Source: Phycisphaerales bacterium (lineage in GTDB: Bacteria; Planctomycetota; Phycisphaerae; Phycisphaerales; UBA1924). From it: 64,000 nt of DNA. The position numbers and the translations under genes are program-made. This document shows positions 1-9,313 of the stretch, piece by piece. Each line of letters begins with the position of its first letter. Position 1 is the stretch's first letter. The stretch lies in contig OZ245777.1 in the NCBI GenBank assembly GCA_965227775.1, positions 1,248,001 through 1,312,000 of the forward strand. The letters run 5' to 3'. The notes beneath the pieces are model-generated. The model saw nothing but the letters and a program-made list of their open reading frames with translations. It was not told the origin of the DNA and did not search any database.

Positions 1-85
1 CGCGTCGCTAGCCCGCCGCCCAAACGGCGCTAGGGTTCCTGCGACGACCCATGAATCGGAGCGAGCGCTCCGTGGGAGGCCGCCG

Positions 86-562
86 ATGGACCCGATAGCT
101 CCGCATACCAAAAGCAGCGTCGAGCCGGGCCGCCATGGCTCGGACACAACCACGCGCGTGCCGACCGATGTTGGTGACGGCTGGGTGCGCATCCGCGTGC
201 AGCCCGAATACCTGCCCGCGCGCAGCGATCCGAGCCAGCCCATGCACGTTTTCGGATACCGCGTGCTCGTCGAGTACGAAGCACCCGCGAACGCGCCGGC
301 TATCCAACTCGTCGACCGATTCTGGCGCATCGTCGATGCGCACGGCACAGAAGAGGTCGTGCAGGGCGAGGGCATCGTCGGCCAGCAGCCCATCATCCCG
401 CCCGGCGGCCATTTCGAGTACGCTAGCTACTGCCCGCTCCGCTCGAGTTGGGGCACGATGGAAGGCCGATACGGCCTAGTCATCCTCGACGAAAACGACG
501 AGCCCACCGGCCGCCACGAAGTCGAGGTCGACCGATTCTTCCTTGTTTCTGACAAGGACTGA
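86..562 (+). CDS. apaG: ApaG family protein
   Basis: Motifs HVFGYRV, QLVDRFWRIVD, VQGEGIVGQQP, FEYASYCPL, GTMEGRY; GGAGG SD just upstream. Confidence 0.9.
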   Translation: MDPIAPHTKSSVEPGRHGSDTTTRVPTDVGDGWVRIRVQPEYLPARSDPSQPMHVFGYRVLVEYEAPANAPAIQLVDRFWRIVDAHGTEEVVQGEGIVGQQPIIPPGGHFEYASYCPLRSSWGTMEGRYGLVILDENDEPTGRHEVEVDRFFLVSDKD

Positions 563-581
563 TTCTTCAAGAGAAGACGGA

Positions 582-1853
582 TCAGGCGTTCGCGGGCGTG
601 GTCACGCGTGCGATCGTCGTCGCCGCGCGGGCGACGTCCTCGAACGTGTTGTACAGCGGCACTGGTGCAAGGCGGATGACGTCTGGCTCGCGGAAGTCCG
701 CGACGACGCCGTGTTGTTGCAGCACGTCGCGAATGTCGCGGGCGTTCTCGCCGAACGAGATCGAGAGCTGGCAGCCCCGGCGATCCGGTTCGCTCGGCGT
801 GATGACGCGCGCCGCGGGCGCGATCGCCGCAATCGATTGCTCAAGGAAGCCGGTGAGCAAGAGGCTCTTCTCGCGCAGCGCGGCCATGCCCACGCGATCG
901 AAGATCTCCAACGAGGCGGCGAGCGGCGCCATCGCCAGGATTGGCGGATTGCACAGCTGCCATCCGTCGGCACCCTCGCGGGGAACGAACCCGCTCTCCA
1001 TCTTGAACCGTGTCTTGGGGTCGTTGCCCCACCAGCCGGCCAGGCGCGGGATGTCAGCGTTGTTCGCGTGCCGCTCGTGCACGAAGCAGCCGGCGATGGC
1101 GCCCGGCCCGGCATTGCAGTACTTGTAGCTGCACCACACGGCAAAATCGGCGCCGCAGTCGTGCAGACGCAGGGGCACGTTGCCCGCGGCGTGCGCGCAG
1201 TCCCAGCCGACCTTCGCCCCCGCCCGATGCCCGGCTTCGGTGATCGTGGGCATGTCGAACCACTGCCCCGTGCGGTACTGCACGCCCGCCAGCATAACGA
1301 GCGCGAGCGAGTCGCCGGCATCTTCGATTGCGCCGACGACGTCATCGGTCCGCAGCGTGTCCTCGCCCTGGCGCGGACGCAAACGGATCATGTTCGCGCT
1401 TGCATCGAGCCCGCGGTGGTTGATGTGGCTCTCCACCGCGTAGTCGTCGCTTGGGAAGAGCGCGTCCTCCACCATGATCTTGGTGCGGCTGCCCGACGGC
1501 TGGTAGAAGCTGGCCATCATCAGATGCAGGTTGGCCGTCAGGCCGTTCATCATGACGACCTCGCCCGGCTTGGCACCCACCAACCTTGCACCCGTTTCGC
1601 GGAACCGCTCATGATAGCTAAACCAGGGATTCGCGCCATGCAAGTGGGCATCAACGCCCAGCGATGCCCAGTCGTCCAACTCTTGCTGCACCGCGGCGCG
1701 GGTGCTGTGCGGCATGAGGCCCAGCGAGTTGCCCGTGAAGTACGCGACGTCATCGCCGGATTCGTCCTTGGGGATCGCGAACAATGCGCGCTCGCCCTTG
1801 AGCGGATCGGCCGCGTCGAGCTTCTTTGCCTCATCAAACAGCTGGTCGCTCAC
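582..1853 (-). CDS. kynU: Kynureninase (PLP-dependent)
   Basis: YFTGNSLGLMP, FPSDDYA, WDCAHAAGN, PLP-lysine motif WCSYKYCNAGPG, GWWGN, RLAPVPLYN; GTG start overlaps the upstream stop (GTGA). Confidence 0.95.
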   Translation of the reverse strand: MSDQLFDEAKKLDAADPLKGERALFAIPKDESGDDVAYFTGNSLGLMPHSTRAAVQQELDDWASLGVDAHLHGANPWFSYHERFRETGARLVGAKPGEVVMMNGLTANLHLMMASFYQPSGSRTKIMVEDALFPSDDYAVESHINHRGLDASANMIRLRPRQGEDTLRTDDVVGAIEDAGDSLALVMLAGVQYRTGQWFDMPTITEAGHRAGAKVGWDCAHAAGNVPLRLHDCGADFAVWCSYKYCNAGPGAIAGCFVHERHANNADIPRLAGWWGNDPKTRFKMESGFVPREGADGWQLCNPPILAMAPLAASLEIFDRVGMAALREKSLLLTGFLEQSIAAIAPAARVITPSEPDRRGCQLSISFGENARDIRDVLQQHGVVADFREPDVIRLAPVPLYNTFEDVARAATTIARVTTPANA

Positions 1854-2983
1854 TTGCCAGTCTCCGCCGGAAAGTTCGCCGGTCGCTCGCGCGCCGCCTT
1901 GTGTTCCTCGGCCAAGTCCGGGAATCGATCGGCCTCCATGCCCAGGAATTCAAGCGCCGAGCCGCTGAGCAACTGCCGCTTGGTCTTGTCGGTCAGGTCG
2001 TACATCGAATCGACCATCGCGCCGGGCTTCGCCTCGCCGAGCGGGAACGGATAGTCGCTGCCAAGCGCCACCCGACGCTCGTCCATCATGGCGATGAGAT
2101 ACCGAAGCGCGTTGCGGCTATACACCGCAGAGTCGACCCAGAACCGGGCCGGCTGGCCGTAATCAGCCAGATAGCTCCATGGGTTCTGCTCGCAGTCGAC
2201 CGCCACAATGTCGGGCCGGCTGTTGTAGCCGTGCTCGATGCGGCCGATCGTGTATGGGAAAGAGCCGCCGCCGTGCGCGAAGCACACGCGCAGGTCGGGC
2301 AGTCGGTCGAACACGCCGCCGAAGATCATGGCGCATACGGCGCGTGCGGTCTCGGCGGGCATGCCCACCAGCCACGGCAGCCAGTACTTGCCCATCTGGT
2401 CGCGGCCCATCATGTCCCATGGGTGCACCAGGATGGCCGCTCCGAGGTCCTGGCACGCGGCGAAGACGTCCAGCAGTGCCGGCTCCCATAGGTTCCAGTC
2501 GGGTGCGCCGGGCCGCTCGATGTGGCTGCCGATCTGGATGCCGGCCATGCCAAGGTCCTTCATGCACCGCTCGAGCTCGGCGATCGCGAGCTTGGGGTCC
2601 TGCATCGGCAGCGTGCCAAGTGCGATGAAGCGGTCCGGGTGCGCCCGGCAACGCTCGGCCAGGTCGTCGTTCAGGTACCTGGAGACCTCCAACGCATCCT
2701 CGGCCTTGGCCCAATACCCGAACATGACCGGTACCGTCGAGACCACCTGCACCTGCACGTTATGCAGTTCCATGTCCTTCATGCGAGGCTCGGCGTGCAG
2801 GCAGTTGGGCTTCACGTCACGGAAGAACTTGCCGTCGATCGACATCCGGGCCCCGCCGGCGAACTGGCCAGGGTCGTCCTGGGCGATTGGCGTCAGGTTC
2901 ACCCACCCCCCATACCCGAACTTCGCGGCGTAATCGGGGATGGTGGCGGGCAGCATGTGGGTGTGCAGGTCGATCTTGAACAT
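1850..2983 (-). CDS. Amidohydrolase family, probable 2-amino-3-carboxymuconate-6-semialdehyde decarboxylase (ACMSD)
   Basis: IDLHTH metal motif, STVPVMFGYW, VHPWDM, WLVGMPAET, AHGGGSFP, LGSDYPFPLGE; coupled to kynU; start trimmed to MFKIDLHTH. Confidence 0.9.
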   Translation of the reverse strand: MFKIDLHTHMLPATIPDYAAKFGYGGWVNLTPIAQDDPGQFAGGARMSIDGKFFRDVKPNCLHAEPRMKDMELHNVQVQVVSTVPVMFGYWAKAEDALEVSRYLNDDLAERCRAHPDRFIALGTLPMQDPKLAIAELERCMKDLGMAGIQIGSHIERPGAPDWNLWEPALLDVFAACQDLGAAILVHPWDMMGRDQMGKYWLPWLVGMPAETARAVCAMIFGGVFDRLPDLRVCFAHGGGSFPYTIGRIEHGYNSRPDIVAVDCEQNPWSYLADYGQPARFWVDSAVYSRNALRYLIAMMDERRVALGSDYPFPLGEAKPGAMVDSMYDLTDKTKRQLLSGSALEFLGMEADRFPDLAEEHKAARERPANFPAETGK

Positions 2984-3148
2984 GAGGGGGCAGTGTATGG
3001 GGAGCGCGTGGATGGGGCGTGTTTCTCGCCGCTGCGGCATCCACCTTCCGTCACTGTCGATTCTGCTTGCATCAAGGCCCCGCTTCTGGTAACCTGGGGC
3101 GATACAACTCGCGCGTGCTCACACGTGGGGCCAAAGAGGAGAGAGACC

Positions 3149-3748
3149 ATGAAGACTGGCATCCGACCCGCATCCGCGACCCTGGCACTCGTTGGCCTTG
3201 CGGCGGCCTCCCCGGCCGTCCTGGCGCAGTCTGTGAACATTGACATTGCCAACCCGACGCTGACCATCGGCGAGAGCACGCTCATCACGTTCACAGCGAG
3301 CTATCCCTCGGGCGACTACGCCATGGCGGGCATCGGCATGGACCTCGTCGTGAACGAGATCCAGGGTGGGCTGAGCGACCTGCAACTCGTGGCGCCAATG
3401 GACGGCCCGGGCACGAGCGTTGGCACGCTCGGCGCAGGCGGTATCGACGGGATCATCGCCGGTCAGCTCAACTTCCCGCCAGCGGGCATCTTTGCCGATC
3501 CGACGAACCCCATCGCGTTCTATCAACTCACCTACACGCTCACCGCGCCAATCTCGGGCACGACGCTGCTGGACATCGAGACCCGAACCACGAGGTTTGA
3601 CGTGTACGTCGATCGCGATAGCGGGCGCAGCGAGTCGCGACTGGGAGACGTGGTCGAGGGTCGAGCCATCATCGCTATCCCTGCTCCTGCGGGCGCGGTT
3701 GTGCTCGGTCTGGGCGCATTGACGATGGGCCGGCGCCGATGGGCGTAG
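3149..3748 (+). CDS. Secreted protein with PEP-CTERM-like (IPAP) C-terminal sorting signal; beta-rich body, possibly cohesin-like
   Basis: SD GAGGAG; signal peptide ending AVLA-Q; C-terminus IPAPAGAVVLGLGALTMGRRRWA. Confidence 0.85.
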   Translation: MKTGIRPASATLALVGLAAASPAVLAQSVNIDIANPTLTIGESTLITFTASYPSGDYAMAGIGMDLVVNEIQGGLSDLQLVAPMDGPGTSVGTLGAGGIDGIIAGQLNFPPAGIFADPTNPIAFYQLTYTLTAPISGTTLLDIETRTTRFDVYVDRDSGRSESRLGDVVEGRAIIAIPAPAGAVVLGLGALTMGRRRWA

Positions 3749-3845
3749 AACAAGATTCGTTCGAATCGGCGATTGAGCCCCGATTGAACGCATCGTGATG
3801 CCGGCACGAGTACCCTAGAGCCTTACTGCTTTGGGGGCCCTTCGA

Positions 3846-5876
3846 ATGCTCGGTCGCGTCTCGATCCGCATCCTGCTCCCGCTACTCATGGGCCTGCCCG
3901 TGGCTGTAGCGGCACTCGTGCTCGTGGGTCTGTGGAGCGGCAACGCCCGCGAGAGTGCGCGCACGCTCAACGCGTCGGAGATGGCCCAGATCCACGCGCG
4001 TATCAACGAACGGCTGCGCACGCTGCTGAGCATGCCCGCGCGAGCCACCGAGCTCCAGCGTGAGGGCATCCACTCGGGCCGGCTCGACGCGGACAACCCC
4101 AGGAGCTGGCACGACCAACTCTTCGACCTCACCCGCGCGATGGACATGATCAGCGGCGCCACCTGGGGAAACTCGGAGGGACACGTCGCGTGGGTCTTTC
4201 GATATCCCGGAAAGCCTCACCCCGAACTGGGAGTCTCGGACGACCAAACCGTTCGGGAAGGCGCGCTGGCCGTCGAAGAATTCTCCCTCGACGATTCGGG
4301 CCAGATCATCGAGCAGATCGGCGGATACGCCTACGACCCGCGTACACGACCCTGGTACACCGGCGCCGTAGAAGCGGGCGAGCCGACCTTCCTGCCGCCG
4401 TACGCCTGGGTTAACGCCGACGGTCGGGCCATCACCCTTGGCTTGCCCTTCGTTGAACCGGTGTACGACGAGGGGGCAGATGGATCCGCGGGCGCGCTCA
4501 TGGGCGTGCTCACGGCGGAGTTCAGCCTGCAGGATCTCTCGGACTTCCTGCGAACACTTCGAGTCGGTACGGCAGGTTTCGTGCTCGTGCTCGACGCTGA
4601 TGGCGGGTTGATCGCCCATTCGCTGCCGACCGCCGACGTACCCGCAGCCGTGGAGGTCGAAGGCGTGCCCACGGTACCTGTGGCCGCCTCAATGGACGAT
4701 CCGCGCGTGCGCGAGCTCGCGGGCGTCGTCGATACAGCGCTCTCGGCTGGCGCGGATGGCCGGGCGGTCGTCCCTGTAGAAGGCGAGCCCATGCTCGTCC
4801 GCGTTTCTACGTTTGGCGGCCTGCCCGGGCTCGACTGGCGGATCATCACCGCGATTCCCGAGGCAGAACTGCTCGCGCCCGTGGCCGCCGCGCGGGCGAG
4901 CAGCCACCGCGCCACGCTCATCGCGGTGCTCGCGACAATCCTGCTTGGCCTTGGCGCCGGGCTCGTTGCCACCGTGCCCGTGCGCCGGTTAGTCCGCGAG
5001 ATCCGCCGCGTTGGCCGGGGCGAGCTCGACGAGCGTGTGCGGCCCGTGCCGAGCAGCGAGCTACACCAGATCGCCGAAGCGGTCAACGCCATGTCCGAAG
5101 ACCTGCGCGACCGCGCCCGCGTGCGCGAGAGCCTGCTTGTCGCGATGGAGGTCCAAAAAAACCTGCTGCCGCAGGAGCCGCCCACCGTCACGGGCCTCGA
5201 CATCGCCGGCCACAGCACATACTGCGATGAAACCGGCGGAGATTACTACGACTATCTCGACGTGCAGCCCCTGGTCGGTGGCGGTGCAAGCGGCCAGTCG
5301 CGCGTGGCGCTCGCAATCGGCGATGTCATGGGCCACGGCGTTGCCGCAGCCATGCTGATGGCCACCGCGCGCGGCATCCTTCGCAGCCGCTGCGATGAGC
5401 CAGCCTCGCTCGGTGAGTTGCTCACCCACCTGAACGAACTGCTCGTCGGCGACACCGGCGGTAAGCGATTCATGACCATGCTCCTGGTCATCCTCGACGG
5501 CGACACGGGCGAGATGGACTGGGCGTCGGCCGGCCACGATCCGCCCATCATCTACCTTGCCACAGAAGATCGATTCGCGGAGCTCGATGGTGGCGGCATC
5601 CCGCTCGGGCTGTTTGCCGGCCAAGCCTATGAGACCGACACCGAGGGGCCATTCGCCGCGGGTGACATCGTCGTGCTCTCGACCGATGGCCTGTGGGAGG
5701 CCCGCATGACCGATGGTGAGTTCTACGGCAAGGAACGCCTGGAGCAGATCATCCGGAAGCATGCCGGCAAGACGGCCGAGGAGATCGCAGCTGCCATCCG
5801 GGCCGACCACATCGCCGCCTGCGGCGAGGCATCCCAAGACGACGACATCACCTTCGTCGTGGCGAAGATGGGGTAG
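3846..5876 (+). CDS. Membrane sensor phosphatase: Cache-like + HAMP + SpoIIE/PP2C domain
   Basis: N-terminal TM, YDPRTRPWY Cache motif, second TM + HAMP, GGDYYD, IGDVMGHG, SAGH, STDGLWE, DDDIT. Confidence 0.9.
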   Translation: MLGRVSIRILLPLLMGLPVAVAALVLVGLWSGNARESARTLNASEMAQIHARINERLRTLLSMPARATELQREGIHSGRLDADNPRSWHDQLFDLTRAMDMISGATWGNSEGHVAWVFRYPGKPHPELGVSDDQTVREGALAVEEFSLDDSGQIIEQIGGYAYDPRTRPWYTGAVEAGEPTFLPPYAWVNADGRAITLGLPFVEPVYDEGADGSAGALMGVLTAEFSLQDLSDFLRTLRVGTAGFVLVLDADGGLIAHSLPTADVPAAVEVEGVPTVPVAASMDDPRVRELAGVVDTALSAGADGRAVVPVEGEPMLVRVSTFGGLPGLDWRIITAIPEAELLAPVAAARASSHRATLIAVLATILLGLGAGLVATVPVRRLVREIRRVGRGELDERVRPVPSSELHQIAEAVNAMSEDLRDRARVRESLLVAMEVQKNLLPQEPPTVTGLDIAGHSTYCDETGGDYYDYLDVQPLVGGGASGQSRVALAIGDVMGHGVAAAMLMATARGILRSRCDEPASLGELLTHLNELLVGDTGGKRFMTMLLVILDGDTGEMDWASAGHDPPIIYLATEDRFAELDGGGIPLGLFAGQAYETDTEGPFAAGDIVVLSTDGLWEARMTDGEFYGKERLEQIIRKHAGKTAEEIAAAIRADHIAACGEASQDDDITFVVAKMG

Positions 5877-5951
5877 TCGAGCCCGGCTGGAGGTTGAGAA
5901 CTCCGAAACGATCGGGTCGCTCGCGACGTCGCGCTCGCGGGCGATGGCTGA

Positions 5952-7439
5952 TTATCGTCGGCCCCGCTTAGGGTCGAATGCCTCGCGCAGCCCTTCGCCC
6001 ACGAAGTTGAGCGCCAGCAGCGTCGCGCCAAGCAAAAGGCAAGGGAAGAGGATGAGCCACCACAGGCTCTCGTAGGGGTTCAACTCGTTCAGCCCATCAG
6101 CCGCCAGGTTGCCCCAGCTCGGCAGCGGGGGCTTCACGCCGATGCCCAGGAAGCTCAAGAACGACTCCTGCAGGATCGCAAGCGGCACCGTGAGCGTTGC
6201 GTACACGATGATCGGTCCGAGCAGGTTTGGCAGCAGGTGCACGAAGAAGACGCGACTCGTCGGTGCCCCCGCCGATCGGGCGGCCTCGATGTACGGCATG
6301 CTCTTGAGGCTGAGCACCTGACCCCGAATCACACGTGCCATCGTCAGCCAGCTCACACCGCCGATGGCGACCAGCAGCACGACGAGGTCGAGGAACAACA
6401 TCGTCGAGTCGGCAAGCCGACGCGGCGGACGGGCTTCGAGCGCCATGACATCGAGCACCGCGCCGTTGGTCAGCACGGGCGCGTCTTCCGCATCCGCTTC
6501 GCCATCGACCGTTGCCGCTTCGACCACGCCGGCCACGGCCTCCCGCATGTCCAGCTGGCTCGCGAGCTGATCGAGCGACGAGCCATCTTCGAACGCCTCG
6601 TTGCGCCACGCGGCCACGGCTCGCTCGCTCACTCCAGACCCAAGCAGTTCGGTTTGGCGGGCATCGGCCCAAGCGGTCCGCGCCTTCTGCTGGTTGACGT
6701 ACTCGTCGATCGCCGCATCGCTCGCGACCGCCAACAGCACGACGAGCAAGATGTACGGCAATCCGAACAGCACGTCGACGATGCGCATCATCGCCGCATC
6801 GGTCTTACCGCCGGCGTAGCCGCTGATGGCTCCATAGAGCGTCCCGATGAGCACGCTTATGAGCGCCGCGCTCAGGCCAATGCCAAGCGAGATACCCCCG
6901 CCCGTCATGACCCGGTACAACAAGCTCCGGCCCAGCACGTCCGTACCCAGCAGCATCGCGAGGCGATTGCCGTCGTACACCCAATGCTCGGCCATGGCGT
7001 TGGCCAGGTCGCCTTCGGTTGCTTGGCGGGCGTCACGCTCGGTCACGCGGTACTCATCGGCAACCGCCTGGGCGGCCTCCGCCGGTACGAGCGCGTTGAG
7101 CTTGAGACGGCTTTCCTCACCGACCGCCCACCAAGGCGGAAGCCGGCCATACTCGGCGCTGCCCGCGTTGTATCGCTTGATCGTGACCTTGCCGTCCGCG
7201 CCCGCGCTCACGCCCGGGTAGGTCGTCGATGCCGGCGAGAGCGTCCAGAACAAGCCCACAAGGCACACCAGCAGCATAAACGCCAGGAAGCCCATGCCCA
7301 GCATGCCCGCCCACGAGCGTGTCAGCGGGTTGTCGCGCTCGACCGGCGGCGCCGCCATCGCGGGCACGGTCTTGGGAATCGCCGGCGCGCCGTTGCGCTC
7401 GCGACCGGTCTGATCAAGCTGGTCTGGCTGGTCTGGCAT
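5952..7439 (-). CDS. Peptide ABC transporter permease (DppC/OppC type) with inserted loop
   Basis: LLGTDVLGRS, EAA motif YIEAARSAGA, HLLPN, ESFLSFLGIG, GEGLREAFDP; start uncertain. Confidence 0.88.
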   Translation of the reverse strand: MPDQPDQLDQTGRERNGAPAIPKTVPAMAAPPVERDNPLTRSWAGMLGMGFLAFMLLVCLVGLFWTLSPASTTYPGVSAGADGKVTIKRYNAGSAEYGRLPPWWAVGEESRLKLNALVPAEAAQAVADEYRVTERDARQATEGDLANAMAEHWVYDGNRLAMLLGTDVLGRSLLYRVMTGGGISLGIGLSAALISVLIGTLYGAISGYAGGKTDAAMMRIVDVLFGLPYILLVVLLAVASDAAIDEYVNQQKARTAWADARQTELLGSGVSERAVAAWRNEAFEDGSSLDQLASQLDMREAVAGVVEAATVDGEADAEDAPVLTNGAVLDVMALEARPPRRLADSTMLFLDLVVLLVAIGGVSWLTMARVIRGQVLSLKSMPYIEAARSAGAPTSRVFFVHLLPNLLGPIIVYATLTVPLAILQESFLSFLGIGVKPPLPSWGNLAADGLNELNPYESLWWLILFPCLLLGATLLALNFVGEGLREAFDPKRGRR

Positions 7440-7476
7440 CCGCCCGTTCCCCCTGCCCCCACAAACGGGTCGGGCC

Positions 7477-7920
7477 TCAGGCGTCGGCCTTGGGCGTGAA
7501 GCTCGCGCCATCGAGCACGGAGAACGTCACCATGTCGCCCACCTTGAAGTCCTGGGCGTGCTGGCGGTCGTCGGTCAGCGTGCAGTGCATGGGCACGCCC
7601 GCATCGACGATGATCGTGCCCTCGCCGTGGCCGACGACGCGCCCCTGCACCTGCCGCGGCCGCCCGATGACCGGCTCGACGTACCGGCCACCGCTGGGAA
7701 TGTCGTCAACCCGCCGCGCCCGCGCCTGGATCGTTCCGAAGACCTTGTCGCCCGGTTCGGCGTTCACCGCCGCCGTCGGCAGCAGGTGCAGCACGTAACT
7801 GGTATTGGCAAAGGCCAGCCGGACGTGGGCCGGCTTGGTCGCGGTGGCGGCGACGGCTTCCTTCAGCGTCGCGCGGGCCAGCCCGGGGGCGATCTTGGTC
7901 GTCGGGGCGGGGTGGATCAT
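7477..7920 (-). CDS. Hypothetical protein (beta-rich, possibly OB/TOBE-like)
   Basis: High-GC3 ORF from MIHPAP; TAGACT 5 nt before ATG; directly upstream of the permease. Confidence 0.7.
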   Translation of the reverse strand: MIHPAPTTKIAPGLARATLKEAVAATATKPAHVRLAFANTSYVLHLLPTAAVNAEPGDKVFGTIQARARRVDDIPSGGRYVEPVIGRPRQVQGRVVGHGEGTIIVDAGVPMHCTLTDDRQHAQDFKVGDMVTFSVLDGASFTPKADA

Positions 7921-8438
7921 GGCCCAGTCTACGCCGGCAGCGCCTCCACGAGGCTGCTGTCCAGCACGCCGCCCACGCGCCATCGGTGAGCACTCGGCTC
8001 ATCCGACCCAGCCGCCCGCAGACTCGTTCGCAGGGAGTCTGCAAAGCAGCGAGGTCGTCAACTCGTCAGTCGTGCCCCACGTTCTGTGGCCCGTCGATGA
8101 TCACCAGGCCCTCGGCCGCGGGCCGCCGCGGAGCGGAACACACTCGTCGACTCGCGCGTGAACGGTGCGATGGCCACGTTGTGCGGACTTCGGCTGGGTG
8201 TGTCTGAGCCACGCACTCCGCTCGACTTCGTCGCCGATCACTCGGATGCGGGCTCGTCTGGTTCAACCCTTTGAAGGCGTCACCGGCACGCGCCGCCTCG
8301 GGACCATCGAGTGGGTCATCATCCTGACCCCCACACCAATCTAGAAATCGCTAGGACTCCCGGGACATGCATCCGCAACCACCCCAAGCGGAGATGCCCG
8401 AGGCACGTCCCGATGTGCCCGCGCCGTGAGGACTTTCG

Positions 8439-8464
8439 TGAAACCGGCTTCTCAAAGGCTCGAA
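8439..8464 (+). promoter_or_regulatory. Candidate ECF sigma promoter TGAAAC-N16-CGAA
   Basis: Pattern similar to ECF consensus (AAC...CGT/CGA), ~80 nt upstream of the secreted PEP-CTERM-like gene. Confidence 0.3.
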
Positions 8465-8546
8465 GCGTCACGCACGGTCGCATGGTGCGGCCCGCAACGC
8501 GAGGCCGGGTCGCCGTCGGCGCTCCGTCCCGAGGAGAAGGAAAACC

Positions 8547-9203
8547 ATGAGAGTCACTGCATTGACGGCCGCCACCGCGGCCCTGGCGTTCGCCGCAGGC
8601 GCGTCCGCCCAAATCGACGTCATCGGTGGACAAACGAGCGTGCTGCTCGACACCGACACCCTGTCGGCTGCTGCCAGCCTCGATCTGTCGAGCGTCTCGC
8701 CAGACGTGATCGCCCCGGGCTCGCTGGGCGACGGCAGCGTCGCGTTCGGCATCAATGCCCGCGACGCCGCCTCGCTGCCGACGACCTTTAGCTACGCGCC
8801 CGATCTGGCCAGCTTCTCGGGCGCCATCGAGCACACGGGCAGCGTCTTCTTCAACATGGACTCGGTCGAGGTCGGCAACTTCACCATCGGTTTTGACGCC
8901 GGTCGTGTCGGTGGCGATCGCAGCGGCTTCTTCGTTGAGAGCACCACCGGCATCGCCGCCATCCTCTTCGACGTGGCCGCCCCCAGCGACCTGTCGGCGA
9001 GCACCGATGGCCTGCTCATCGAGGCCGACCTGCTCGTTTCGAGCGAGTTCGCAGGCTTCCTGTCGAGCGCTGGCCTCGCTTCGTCCGATCTCACCGGCGC
9101 CGACGTCGGTGACGCGCTGGTTGAGGGCGTCGTGCCTGCGCCCGCAACCGCGGCGCTGCTCGGCCTTGCCGGCCTTGCCGCCGCCAACCGTCGCCGCCGC
9201 TAA
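8547..9203 (+). CDS. Secreted protein with PEP-CTERM-like (VPAP) sorting signal
   Basis: Purine-rich SD region GAGGAGAAGG; signal peptide ending ASA-Q; C-terminus VPAPATAALLGLAGLAAANRRRR. Confidence 0.9.
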   Translation: MRVTALTAATAALAFAAGASAQIDVIGGQTSVLLDTDTLSAAASLDLSSVSPDVIAPGSLGDGSVAFGINARDAASLPTTFSYAPDLASFSGAIEHTGSVFFNMDSVEVGNFTIGFDAGRVGGDRSGFFVESTTGIAAILFDVAAPSDLSASTDGLLIEADLLVSSEFAGFLSSAGLASSDLTGADVGDALVEGVVPAPATAALLGLAGLAAANRRRR

Positions 9204-9233
9204 TCGCGACACATCACGCAGTCACGCTTGCAG

Positions 9234-9268
9234 ACGCCCCGGGGAGCATTCGCCCCCGGGGCGTTCTT
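9234..9268. terminator. Hairpin terminator between convergent genes
   Basis: ACGCCCCGGGG...CCCCGGGGCGT 11-bp stem followed by TCTT. Confidence 0.7.
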
Positions 9269-9313
9269 CATGCGCTTGCGTAGGCCAGTGGGTCGAAGCC
9301 TAGATCGAGAGGC

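Noticed and set aside
543..2054. Long antisense or alternative-frame ORFs (for example 543-2054, 11281-13356, 34718-36754, 36552-38522, 54071-56050)
   Set aside because: They mirror well-supported genes on the other strand; stop-codon scarcity in GC-rich DNA explains them and they carry no family motifs
8015..8060. Possible c-di-GMP-I riboswitch (GCAAAGC after a hairpin)
   Set aside because: No GGCAAAC/GNRA first stem or tetraloop-receptor stem
8246..8344. 32-aa ORF MRARLVQPFEGVTGTRRLGTIEWVIILTPTPI
   Set aside because: No SD or -10 support and no recognisable motif; insufficient evidence
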